A stretch of DNA of 64,000 nt from a virus (lineage: Duplodnaviria > Caudoviricetes), in the IMG/VR virus record IMGVR_UViG_3300010362_000015, positions 1-64,000 of that record, one strand, 5' to 3'. This document shows positions 43,001 to 50,693 of this stretch, one piece after another. Position 1 is the first letter of the stretch; each line of letters opens with the position of its first letter. The position numbers and the translations under genes are program-made. Under the pieces are notes generated by a model, which was not told the origin of the DNA, made no database searches, and was given only the letters and a program-made list of their open reading frames with translations.

Positions 43001-44216
43001 CGAGCGGCTTGCCGTAGATGCTGTCGGAGAGGATCGAGGTCGAAGTTATGGTCGAGCGGAAGAAGCCGCCCCAGATGCCGGTGCCGTTGTCCTTGATCAC
43101 TACGCCTTGCGGCTGCTGCGCGTGGCCGCCGAAGTAGTTGCTCATGCCGTGCGCGAGACAGCCGTTCGGCGAATTGAAGAAGTAGTCGCAGGTGGTCGGG
43201 TCGCCCGGGCCGGAGCCGTGCCCCGAATACGGACAGGGCTTGAAGCCGCTGGCGGTGACGGCCTTGTCGAAGGGCTTCCAGCACTGGCGCGAAATGCTGC
43301 GCGCGGGATACTGCTGCGTCACCGGGTAGAGGCCGTCCGAACACTCGACGGAGAACTGCGGCGAGCCGTCCACCTGCCAGGAGAGGATCAGCCCTTTCCA
43401 CAATTGCAGCAGCGCGCCCGAGTTGTAGTGCAGCAGCGAGAGATCAATCTCGGCGAATTCAAGCGAGCAGTCGTTCACCAGCTTGGCCATCACGCGGTCG
43501 GCGTTGCCGAATGTAAACCGCACATTGTCCGCGCGCCCGTCGATGGACTGCGACATGATGACGTCGCCGCCGCCGGGGATTCCCATGTTGATCAGCCGCG
43601 GCAGGAACGTGACGAAGCTCGTGCCCGGGAACCCGTACACATCGATGCGCCGGTCGGAGAGATAGATATCCGGCACCGCGGGATTGCGCACCTTGATGTG
43701 GATGAGCGGGACGATGGCCTGCACCTGCGACTGCAGCGCCGACGCCAGGGCCGTGGACGGGAAGCGCTTCGAGACGCTGGTGATGTTGCTGGTGGGCGCG
43801 AGTGAGGGGTCGAGGATCTCCAGAAACGTGATGCCGGTGGTCGCGCGGTTGGCCAGCTCGGTGATGGTGAGCGGCTGCGTGTCGAAGACCACTTGGTAAT
43901 TGGTGAAGGTCTGCCGGTCGGTGTTGGGCACCGGATAGGTGAAGGATTTGTAGCTGCCCTGCACGGCGTCGAAGAAGGCCAGCAGCGACTGCTGGTCGCG
44001 GTAGCTCAGGCTGCTCTTGACGAAATGAAACTTGCGCGCCCCGGCCCCCAGCGCATACCGCTGGATGGCCATGGTGGCCAGCTCGCCGAAGCGGTGCTCG
44101 ATGATCTTGTAGTCGCGGTCGAACCCATAGCCGTACTCGCTCACCAGCGGGAAGGGCTGCGAGGGCGGCAGCGGCGTCGGCACCGGCACCGGTATGCGAC
44201 CGATGGAATCGGACAC
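40026..44216 (-). CDS. Tail tip / central fibre protein (Dit-like, gpL-like Cys cluster and gpJ-like regions)
   Basis: After the distal tail gene; CWKPF..CPY..CDY..C..HG motif; GTG overlaps the upstream stop. Confidence 0.75.
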   Translation of the reverse strand: MSDSIGRIPVPVPTPLPPSQPFPLVSEYGYGFDRDYKIIEHRFGELATMAIQRYALGAGARKFHFVKSSLSYRDQQSLLAFFDAVQGSYKSFTYPVPNTDRQTFTNYQVVFDTQPLTITELANRATTGITFLEILDPSLAPTSNITSVSKRFPSTALASALQSQVQAIVPLIHIKVRNPAVPDIYLSDRRIDVYGFPGTSFVTFLPRLINMGIPGGGDVIMSQSIDGRADNVRFTFGNADRVMAKLVNDCSLEFAEIDLSLLHYNSGALLQLWKGLILSWQVDGSPQFSVECSDGLYPVTQQYPARSISRQCWKPFDKAVTASGFKPCPYSGHGSGPGDPTTCDYFFNSPNGCLAHGMSNYFGGHAQQPQGVVIKDNGTGIWGGFFRSTITSTSILSDSIYGKPLAEIWCNHGGTAQRAFWANCLIAAVRDESDFEDILGIIGAGPLGGFEGSSIQTNADGYKFVVSPTADGFYPQGFKVNTQLNFSMYLPGVGLRQSSGNDPAHLGTAPTDGADAFSLGAGTPQNWSEPDANWSNIPGVSKRVIPYAAGTALCEMRYTKSAGGGVSPTTAESHNMQVPIAKGLTGATFDASGNRTLVPGVINPFWVAANCYFRALAIDQADAATQVSYLVLNSITNASGTGCADIAAIFVPPIVGTPIPSYALTSAGQALTQPNLDYWNGTFTYLSGSTVITRTIDQAIAAGYITQTAAGGQEPQFMFQGTIAEFKPFRDWLQEILNCAMGYYCFEFGALKLGIRYSAVPTDTFGLGSMLYQSLALTPIPAKFEYLKVSFANMELQYQQDLAEYQDKDHALYYGRGGCPLTSSMRSVGCPSLSQGLRVAVSRTREEIGGIMRTDLANPYIEWDNHKRATFRSTLLALSTEVGQVISIQHPDVPTYPGAHAGSRPGSNGPFPANTWPFRIQKWMLHSDWSVTIVADSVVDSMYDTEVGPQPTGAVQQPLPVMYYPMALPQWAPYQVQANAADAVFPNEWTFDLSQVYEFATDGSPIPKVVASGRLPVNQFIPNCGAVDVKVGEVTRSTTGGTLPGGATYYVQICATDAKGRYSPPSEVLIIQVPNGTNTNQFTIQDIHWPPIDGLTGYVVFFSDQPDLVCGQLTGSLTGGASGYTPTAITVTAVPKRSTYAVPDPDMGYLNLKGRRLIHGGPVGAGIDKIAGTIITSYATIDSLGTDNWNGRALAIIGRGDPPGKAPFAHFMINNFVPSTGEYLLDRDPVLSGVQVGDVFAVMFKGYDNSANPYVIGDPGIANATNPTPHAGETPNDPNRIGNMVIVIQGKSRGMSAKIVSNTATDYTLDQPLPIDATSFWIVAHADWEVQNQVRVNNADPTKTTSIEITVNNYNQLPLLIGGVTADQDGVEAGFPNEPLRMIYITGAQGTVVITS

Positions 44217-44656
44217 TACGCGACCTCCACGAGCATGAGCCCGGGCATGACGTGGCGGCCCAGTTCGGTGCGCTGCGACCAATCGCCGCGGAAGATGCAG
44301 GTCACGCGCCCCTGCGTGCTGGCGCCCGATGAGTCGTAGTTGCTGCCCATGTGATGATTCGGCAGGACGTCGAAGGGATTGTAGAAGTAGAAGGGCCGCA
44401 GGCCGCCCTGCACCGTGACGTCGAAGAAGTTGTAGAGGGTGGCGAGCTGGCCGGAGTTGAGCCGTTTGGCCATCGTCCAGGTACGCAGCGCGCGCGGCGC
44501 GTTGACGCCGTCCTGGATGACGGAACGTTCGAGCGTCCCGTCGTTGTACATCATGACCAGCAGCGGGTAGGAGAGGGATTCGGCGAAGGAGGTGCAGAGG
44601 GATTGCGGCAGCACCGCACCAGCCGCAACTGACGCTGCAGCGAGGTTCCCGGGCAC
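44216..44656 (-). CDS. Distal tail protein (gpM/DUF2460-like)
   Basis: YNDGTLER..RTWTM..L.NFF..GG..PFYFYNP. Confidence 0.7.
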   Translation of the reverse strand: MPGNLAAASVAAGAVLPQSLCTSFAESLSYPLLVMMYNDGTLERSVIQDGVNAPRALRTWTMAKRLNSGQLATLYNFFDVTVQGGLRPFYFYNPFDVLPNHHMGSNYDSSGASTQGRVTCIFRGDWSQRTELGRHVMPGLMLVEVA

Positions 44657-44681
44657 GATGCTGCTATTTTAGCTGGGGTTT

Positions 44682-44873
44682 TTACGCCGGGCGAGGCCGG
44701 ATGGCAAAGATCTCGGCTGACGGATATACCCTGCGGATCGCTTCCATGTTCGATTCGTCCCGCCCGGGGAAGATATCATCCAGGCCGTGGTCGCACTCGA
44801 TTTTCTGAGTGCGATTGTTCCAGGAGGCATATACTGCGAGGTCCATCTTGGGAAAGTAGATTGTGTAATTCAT
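44682..44873 (-). CDS. Cassette hypothetical protein in the tail module
   Basis: ATGA-coupled to the 44870 gene. Confidence 0.55.
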   Translation of the reverse strand: MNYTIYFPKMDLAVYASWNNRTQKIECDHGLDDIFPGRDESNMEAIRRVYPSAEIFAIRPRPA

Positions 44874-45076
44874 CGGCCTTCTCCCCGGCGAGCGGTCATG
44901 CCGTGGTTGCCGTGGCTGTCCTCCACGCTGAGGCCGAGCGCCAGGGCCACTACGCGGAGCTGGCCCTTGGGGACGCCGCACTCGCGCGACGCCCTCGTCA
45001 GCGAAACCCAGCCGCGGCGACCGGCTGCCACTTCCTTCATCTGGTTGACCGCTTTGTCGTATGCTTCGTTCTTCAT
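44870..45076 (-). CDS. Cassette HTH-like mini-protein in the tail module
   Basis: WVSLTRASRECGV; ATG 6 nt after the -10. Confidence 0.6.
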   Translation of the reverse strand: MKNEAYDKAVNQMKEVAAGRRGWVSLTRASRECGVPKGQLRVVALALGLSVEDSHGNHGMTARRGEGR

Positions 45077-45082
45077 ATTTTC

Positions 45083-45127
45083 AGGATAGAGCAGATGCAT
45101 GCATGGCGCAACAGTCTTGGGGTGAAA
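45083..45127 (-). promoter_or_regulatory. Cassette promoter inside the tail module
   Basis: TTTCACCCC-N7-TTGCGC-17 nt (CATGCATGCATC)-TATCCT-6 nt-ATG. Confidence 0.8.
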
Positions 45128-45403
45128 TCAGAACAGGATGTCGTCGGGGTGAGGCGTCCACAAGTCGGGCCGTTCGGGGTGCTCGTAGGGTTCGTCCGCT
45201 GCCTGGGGGAGATCATCCGCCTGGGGCTCATCGGCCTCGGGCTTATCGGCCTGATGGCGGATGTAGGAGGCGTGGTCGAACCAGGGCAGCTGGACTGCGC
45301 GAAACATGGTGTAATCGGCGTTCCAGACGAACTCGAAGCGGTTCGGGTTAAAGTTCTCGCACTCGCTCGCCGGGAACCACTTGCTGTTATCGTGTGTGCT
45401 CAT
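45128..45403 (-). CDS. Cassette acidic hypothetical protein in the tail module
   Basis: ATG 6 nt after the -10; its stop abuts the next TTTCACCCC. Confidence 0.65.
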   Translation of the reverse strand: MSTHDNSKWFPASECENFNPNRFEFVWNADYTMFRAVQLPWFDHASYIRHQADKPEADEPQADDLPQAADEPYEHPERPDLWTPHPDDILF

Positions 45404-45409
45404 ATTCAA

Positions 45410-45455
45410 AGTCTAACGTCGGATGCATGTATCTGGCAAGAGGCTTTGGGTGAAA
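45410..45455 (-). promoter_or_regulatory. Cassette promoter inside the tail module
   Basis: TTTCACCCA-N7-TTGCCA-18 nt (GATACATGCATC)-TAGACT-6 nt-ATG; starts 1 nt after the tape measure stop. Confidence 0.8.
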
Positions 45456-45456
45456 T

Positions 45457-48400
45457 CTAGGCGGCGATGCTGCCCGGCTCGCTCATCATCAGCGCCTGGG
45501 GCACGCGGCCTGCAGATCCCGACATAGCCGAGGCATACTGCGCCTGCACCACGTCGGGCGTCACCACGTTGCCCTGCAGGAAGCTGGCGGTGTCCTGACC
45601 GGCGATGTTGAGGGAGAGGGACAGGTTGCCGTAGTTGCCGGTCGAGCCGCCGCCGTAGGTCGGCAGGTTGGACCGGTAGGTGTACGGGTTGCCGTACTGA
45701 TAGCTGGCCTGCTGATACATGGCACCGCCCGACTCCACCAGCGACGCGCCGTGAGGCGTCGAGAGGCCCTGCGGGAATTGAGCGGCCTGCCCGGTGCCCG
45801 CGGCATACAGGCCCAACATCTGGCGCACCTCGGGCGAACGCACGGCCACCGAGACGTGACCGCCGTAGGACTGGTTGGCGATGCTCACGATCTGGTCTGC
45901 CGACTGGTTGTTGATCGAGATGTGATAGACCTGCTGCACCAGCCGCTTGGCCTCATTGCGCGGAGACTCCACGCCGAAGATCTTCTCGCCGATTCCGATG
46001 CCCAGGCCTGCGGCCAGCCCGACGCCCGCGCCGATCAGAGTGCCGATGCCCGGCATGATCATGGTGCCGATGCCCGCGCCGGTGAGCATGCCGCCCAGGC
46101 TCGACTCCAGAATTCCACCGGCAGTCCCGCGGCGCTGGCCCAGGATGCCCGCCATGGCGAGCGGTATGCCAATGCCCATCTCCAGCTGCGCCCCGGCCTG
46201 CGAGGTCAGCACACCGGCGAATTTGCCGCCGATACCCATGCTCCCGGCAGCGCGCGTAACGCCCGATGCGAGGTTGATGTTCTCATTCCAGAAACTGGAC
46301 TTGAGCGCGTTCAGCCAGCCCGCCGGGTTGAAACCGCCGCCGCCACCACCGCCGCCACCTCCACCGCCTGCACTCCAGCCGATCCCTGCGGCCCTGTCGC
46401 CCCCGAGGTCTGACATATATCCGCCCAGCGCGGATGTGGAGAGGATGTCCAGCGGCCTCGTCGGCAGACCGGCGATCCCGGCGCTGGTGGTAATGCCGCT
46501 TGAATAGTCGCCCGGGCTGGGGCCGAAATACATGTTCGGCCCGGTCATGGCGGGACCTTGCAAGCTCGACGGGTACTCATCGTAAGCAGGAGGGAAATAC
46601 GTGGACGGAATCCCGTGCTGCGTAAGCCATTGCCGGGCCTCGTCAGGCCCGCTCAGAGTGACAGGATGCGCCGATCCCTGCGGCATCACGATGGGCTCGA
46701 CGCCCTTCGTCCAGTCAGGCATATGGCGGCTCGCGCCGCCGATGCCACTGCCGCCGCCGCCGTTAGTGACATGCACCGGCACCGATCCGTCGGGCGTGAG
46801 ATGCACGTCTTGCAGCTTGCCGCCGCCGAGGCCGAACATGTTGCGGAATCCGCCTGCGATGCCGCCGGTGCCGCTCTCGCCGAAGATCAGCGGATGCAGC
46901 GCACGCGCGGCCAGCTCGCTCAGGCCGCTGGTAATCGGTTTGAGCGTCGCCTCGGTGATGGTGCTGCGGAACTGCTGGCCGAACTTCGACGGGTCGGTGA
47001 ACAACGTATGGAACAAGGGCTCGACCGTGGATTTGATCTCGCCCATCTGCTGCTTCATTTCGGTGGCCCACGCTTCGGCGTATTTGTTCTGCGCCTCGGC
47101 CACCTCAGCCGCATGCGTGAGCCGCAGCTTCTTCAATTCGATTTCGCGGTTCCGCTCGTCGGTGTATTCATCGGCAATCTTCGCCCGGCGGTTTCGGAAC
47201 TCTTCGTCCGCGTCCTGAATTTTCGCGTCGCGGATGCGCGCCTCTTCCGCCAGCCGCGTCTCGATGGTCTGCGGGCCGAGCAAATAGTTCACGCGCGCGG
47301 CGCCCTCGGCCCGCGTGAGTTCGAGCTTGCGGTTGGCGGCCAGCATCTCCTCGCCCAGCTTGATGAATTCCGCAGAGGTTTTGCCGGTGGTTTCGGCCCA
47401 GATCTTCTGCTGCCGCTGGAAGGCCTGATTCTGCTCGTTGAGCCAATTGGCGGTCTGCCGCGCGAACTGCTCGGGCGTGACCGGCTCCTTATCCACGATC
47501 CCGGCGATGCGCTCGGATTCCGCACGCGCCGCGCCGACGGCCCGCTGAATTCTCAGCCGGTTCTCTTCGGCCAGCCGGGGCCCTTCGAGCGCCCGCTCGC
47601 GCGCGATCAAGTCGGGGAAGTTGCGATACTGAGCCGCAAAATCCAGCATCCTCTTCTCGGTTTCGGGCATGCCGTAGGGGTGCTTCCTCTTTTCCTCCTT
47701 CTCATATTCCAGGCGCGCGATGATCTCCTCCGCGGTCTTGCGGTCGGCCACGGCCTTGCGCATATCCTCAACGAGCTTTTTCTGCTCCCTCAATTCCTTG
47801 GTTATTTCCTTATAGTGGGTGACATCTCTGACCAGTCCTGCTGAGGCCTCCGTCCGGGCCTCGTTCCACTGCTTTTGGAGTTCCTGTAATTTCGCTTCCT
47901 GCTCTTCGAGCGTGGCGCCCTCGCGATGCATGTAGTCGATGGTCGATTGAAATACCATCGGCGGGCGCCCGGCGCGCTGCACATCATGCGACAGATCCTG
48001 TAACCGCTGGAGGCCTTGCTCCGCTGCCTGCCTCGCTCCCCGCATGAAGAATTCGTCGCCCTGCTTGCCGAGTGCGCCTCCTCCTACGGGCCGGTCGGGC
48101 TCCTCCTTCTCCATCACCATCCGCAGCGTGAAGATGAACGGCTTCGCGAGAGTCTCTTCGACGCGCAGGATGAACTGATCCCACATCGTCCCGGCCAGCT
48201 TGATTTCCTTGTTCACTTGAACGAACTGATCGATGGTTTTTTCGCCCATGAACTGGACGCCTTCGGTGCGCTTGATGCTGTCGCTCATCTCCGTCAGCAC
48301 CGGCAGCGCGTCGATACCGGCGCGTTTGAAGAGGTCGATAGCCTCCTTGTTCCGCATCCAGAGATTGGGCTGCCGTTCCAGGCCGGAGCCGACCTGTTTG

Positions 48401-49245
48401 AGCAGGTCCATAGTGCCGATATAACCCTGCCTCAGGGCGATCACATCCACGCCCATGCCCTGCAGGACTTGGCGGGCCTTCTGGCCTTTGGAGCCCTGGT
48501 CCTCCACAGCCTGGGTGAGCCCGCGCATCATGCGGTTGAGTACGCCGACATCCTGGCCGGTCACCTTGGCCGCATATTCAAACTGCTGCACCTCCTTCGC
48601 GCTCATGCCGGTGACGATTGCCGTGTCATGGATTTTCTGGGAGTAGTCGGCAACCGCCGTGGCGGCCTTCATCGAAGCGATTTCAATCGCAGCGAATGTG
48701 CCCGCCATCCCGGCCAGCGCTCCGGCTGCACCGGCGACTCCGGCGAACCCTCCAGTGCCTCCAATGGCCGACCACAGGCCCCTGCCGATCTGCATCTCAC
48801 CCGCACCGATGCGCCCCTGGAAGATATCGCGCGCGCCCTGAACGAACGGAGAAGCCCCCAGCCCCTTCTTGGCTTCGTCCTCGCGCTTCTTCTCGACGTC
48901 GATCATCTTCTGGTAGGCGGCGGTGACGCGCTTGATGGCCTCCTCTTCATTGCCCAAGCGCTTGATGTGCTGGTCGCGCAGTGCGATCAGTTTCTCGACG
49001 CCCGAGCGCCCATAGGCCGCCGCCGCTTTTTCGAGCGACTCGATGTGACGCTTCTGGGCCGCCTGCGCGCGGTCGGTGACGGTGACTACGGATTTCGCGA
49101 ACTCCTCGTAGCCCTTCTGCATGCGCTCCGCAGCGCCGGTCACGCCCTTGGCCACGTCCGCGGAGGCCGCCTGCATTTCTTTCATCGCGCGCAGGATCGC
49201 CGTGTTATCGAACTTATAAACGATGTCTACCGGCGAAGGACCCAT
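45457..49245 (-). CDS. Tape measure protein
   Basis: 1262 aa, helical Ala/Glu/Gln-rich with a Gly-rich hydrophobic C-terminal region; follows the tail chaperones. Confidence 0.9.
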   Translation of the reverse strand: MGPSPVDIVYKFDNTAILRAMKEMQAASADVAKGVTGAAERMQKGYEEFAKSVVTVTDRAQAAQKRHIESLEKAAAAYGRSGVEKLIALRDQHIKRLGNEEEAIKRVTAAYQKMIDVEKKREDEAKKGLGASPFVQGARDIFQGRIGAGEMQIGRGLWSAIGGTGGFAGVAGAAGALAGMAGTFAAIEIASMKAATAVADYSQKIHDTAIVTGMSAKEVQQFEYAAKVTGQDVGVLNRMMRGLTQAVEDQGSKGQKARQVLQGMGVDVIALRQGYIGTMDLLKQVGSGLERQPNLWMRNKEAIDLFKRAGIDALPVLTEMSDSIKRTEGVQFMGEKTIDQFVQVNKEIKLAGTMWDQFILRVEETLAKPFIFTLRMVMEKEEPDRPVGGGALGKQGDEFFMRGARQAAEQGLQRLQDLSHDVQRAGRPPMVFQSTIDYMHREGATLEEQEAKLQELQKQWNEARTEASAGLVRDVTHYKEITKELREQKKLVEDMRKAVADRKTAEEIIARLEYEKEEKRKHPYGMPETEKRMLDFAAQYRNFPDLIARERALEGPRLAEENRLRIQRAVGAARAESERIAGIVDKEPVTPEQFARQTANWLNEQNQAFQRQQKIWAETTGKTSAEFIKLGEEMLAANRKLELTRAEGAARVNYLLGPQTIETRLAEEARIRDAKIQDADEEFRNRRAKIADEYTDERNREIELKKLRLTHAAEVAEAQNKYAEAWATEMKQQMGEIKSTVEPLFHTLFTDPSKFGQQFRSTITEATLKPITSGLSELAARALHPLIFGESGTGGIAGGFRNMFGLGGGKLQDVHLTPDGSVPVHVTNGGGGSGIGGASRHMPDWTKGVEPIVMPQGSAHPVTLSGPDEARQWLTQHGIPSTYFPPAYDEYPSSLQGPAMTGPNMYFGPSPGDYSSGITTSAGIAGLPTRPLDILSTSALGGYMSDLGGDRAAGIGWSAGGGGGGGGGGGGFNPAGWLNALKSSFWNENINLASGVTRAAGSMGIGGKFAGVLTSQAGAQLEMGIGIPLAMAGILGQRRGTAGGILESSLGGMLTGAGIGTMIMPGIGTLIGAGVGLAAGLGIGIGEKIFGVESPRNEAKRLVQQVYHISINNQSADQIVSIANQSYGGHVSVAVRSPEVRQMLGLYAAGTGQAAQFPQGLSTPHGASLVESGGAMYQQASYQYGNPYTYRSNLPTYGGGSTGNYGNLSLSLNIAGQDTASFLQGNVVTPDVVQAQYASAMSGSAGRVPQALMMSEPGSIAA

Positions 49246-49724
49246 CAGGCGACCTGTGATTCGGACGTCTGTGTCTGGATGACCGGTCGGCGTTCCAGCA
49301 CGCCGCGGACAGCCGTCACCAGCGCTTCGTTATCGCTGGGCGACATGCCCCACATGTGATCCCACTTGTTGCGGATCTGGATGATGCGCAGCGCCTCCAT
49401 CGACACCGGCCCGACTGTTGCCATATCCTCGGAAACCGTCTTGACCTTGAGCGCTTGCAGCGTGCGCCCGCGCAGCGTCCAGTCGCGGTACGGCGCCCCG
49501 CTGTATTTGCGCAGGCCGCCCAGCGCCACATACCGGCCCTGGCGTTTCTCGACGGCGTACTTGTCCGAGAGCGGCCTCGCGATTCCGTCTTGGATATCAT
49601 GCACCGATTTGATGCGCTCGACCACATGGTTGAGCGTCTTCTGCGCGATGGCCATCATGTCCTCAGCCGAGAACGGGCTGAGCGTGAATTTCACCCGGGT
49701 GATCTTGGCCTGGAAAAACGGCAT
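49245..49724 (-). CDS. Tail completion / virion morphogenesis protein
   Basis: PLSDKYA..K..DWTLRGRTLQAL, a neck-1 (gpG/gpZ-like) motif. Confidence 0.6.
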   Translation of the reverse strand: MPFFQAKITRVKFTLSPFSAEDMMAIAQKTLNHVVERIKSVHDIQDGIARPLSDKYAVEKRQGRYVALGGLRKYSGAPYRDWTLRGRTLQALKVKTVSEDMATVGPVSMEALRIIQIRNKWDHMWGMSPSDNEALVTAVRGVLERRPVIQTQTSESQVA

Positions 49725-49821
49725 TTTGAGGCCTCCCGTGTCCCCTCCATTCTACTCGCGGGCAGGCCGTTTATCCCCTTGAAACTCTGGCCGGAGGCTC
49801 GATAGTTGTTACCCTGCCGGT

Positions 49822-50205
49822 ATGAGAACGGCCTCGGGCATTATTATCGGCATCATCCTGGCGTTCGGGGCGGTGATCGCGATCCACTACGCACTGCAAG
49901 ACCCCGACCCAGGACCTCGCACCGTATCAGTAACCTATGAGAGCGTCTACCATACTCCATCAGGCCGCCTCTGCGCCGATGACGACGTGGCGCGGCAACT
50001 CCTGCACGGCGTCCAGGCGGGCGAGGAACCTTGCGTGAGAGATGCGAAGCTGCACAAAACAGAGGTCGCGCTGCCCCGAAAAACCACCGAAGAACTGCGT
50101 GTGGAATATATGTGCGGCATGCTCCGTCGGAAGAAACTCGCCGATCTGACGGTGGACGAATGGCACACGGTGCAACTCTGCGAAACCGCGGGCGCCGGTC
50201 GCTAA
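49822..50205 (+). CDS. Membrane-anchored moron (superinfection exclusion candidate)
   Basis: N-terminal TM, four Cys, antisense to the tail genes, AT-richer upstream gap with TTGAAA. Confidence 0.65.
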   Translation: MRTASGIIIGIILAFGAVIAIHYALQDPDPGPRTVSVTYESVYHTPSGRLCADDDVARQLLHGVQAGEEPCVRDAKLHKTEVALPRKTTEELRVEYMCGMLRRKKLADLTVDEWHTVQLCETAGAGR

Positions 50206-50693
50206 CGCCGCTGCTGCATCTCGCGTAACCGCCGCTGCTCCTCGCGCCGCTGCTCGGCCTTCTCGCGCGTCTCCTTCTCCCACCGGAAGCGCTCGTTCCT
50301 GAAAATCTTGAGGCCCTCGCGAAGGTCGGCGGGCACCGAGCCGGGATCGACGCCGTAGTGCTCTGCGTCGAAGTCATGCTCCAGCACTCGCTCCAATAGC
50401 TGGCCGGTGGCCGTGTGCTCGCGGTAGTATTGCACCTCGTTCACTGCGCAGGACTCGCAGCGATTGACGGTCGCGGCCCGCTGGCGGCAGGAGGGGCAGG
50501 CCTCGACCACGGCCACATCTTCAGGCTTCCACTCGTGATCGCAGCTGACGCAGTGGACCGTGTCGGCCAGCGGGCAGCCCGATGCACCTTCCTCCTCGCC
50601 GCCGCGGCACATTTCTTCGGCGCGCAGCACGCGGAAGATCAGCAGCCGGAGAGGCAGAGGCTGCGGCCATTCATCCGGCTCTATAAGTTTGGG
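50202..50693 (-). CDS. Tail chaperone T segment (via -1 frameshift)
   Basis: The -1 frame opens at slippery C CCA AAC (50687-50693); CxxC motifs. Confidence 0.7.
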   Translation of the reverse strand, partial: PKLIEPDEWPQPLPLRLLIFRVLRAEEMCRGGEEEGASGCPLADTVHCVSCDHEWKPEDVAVVEACPSCRQRAATVNRCESCAVNEVQYYREHTATGQLLERVLEHDFDAEHYGVDPGSVPADLREGLKIFRNERFRWEKETREKAEQRREEQRRLREMQQRR

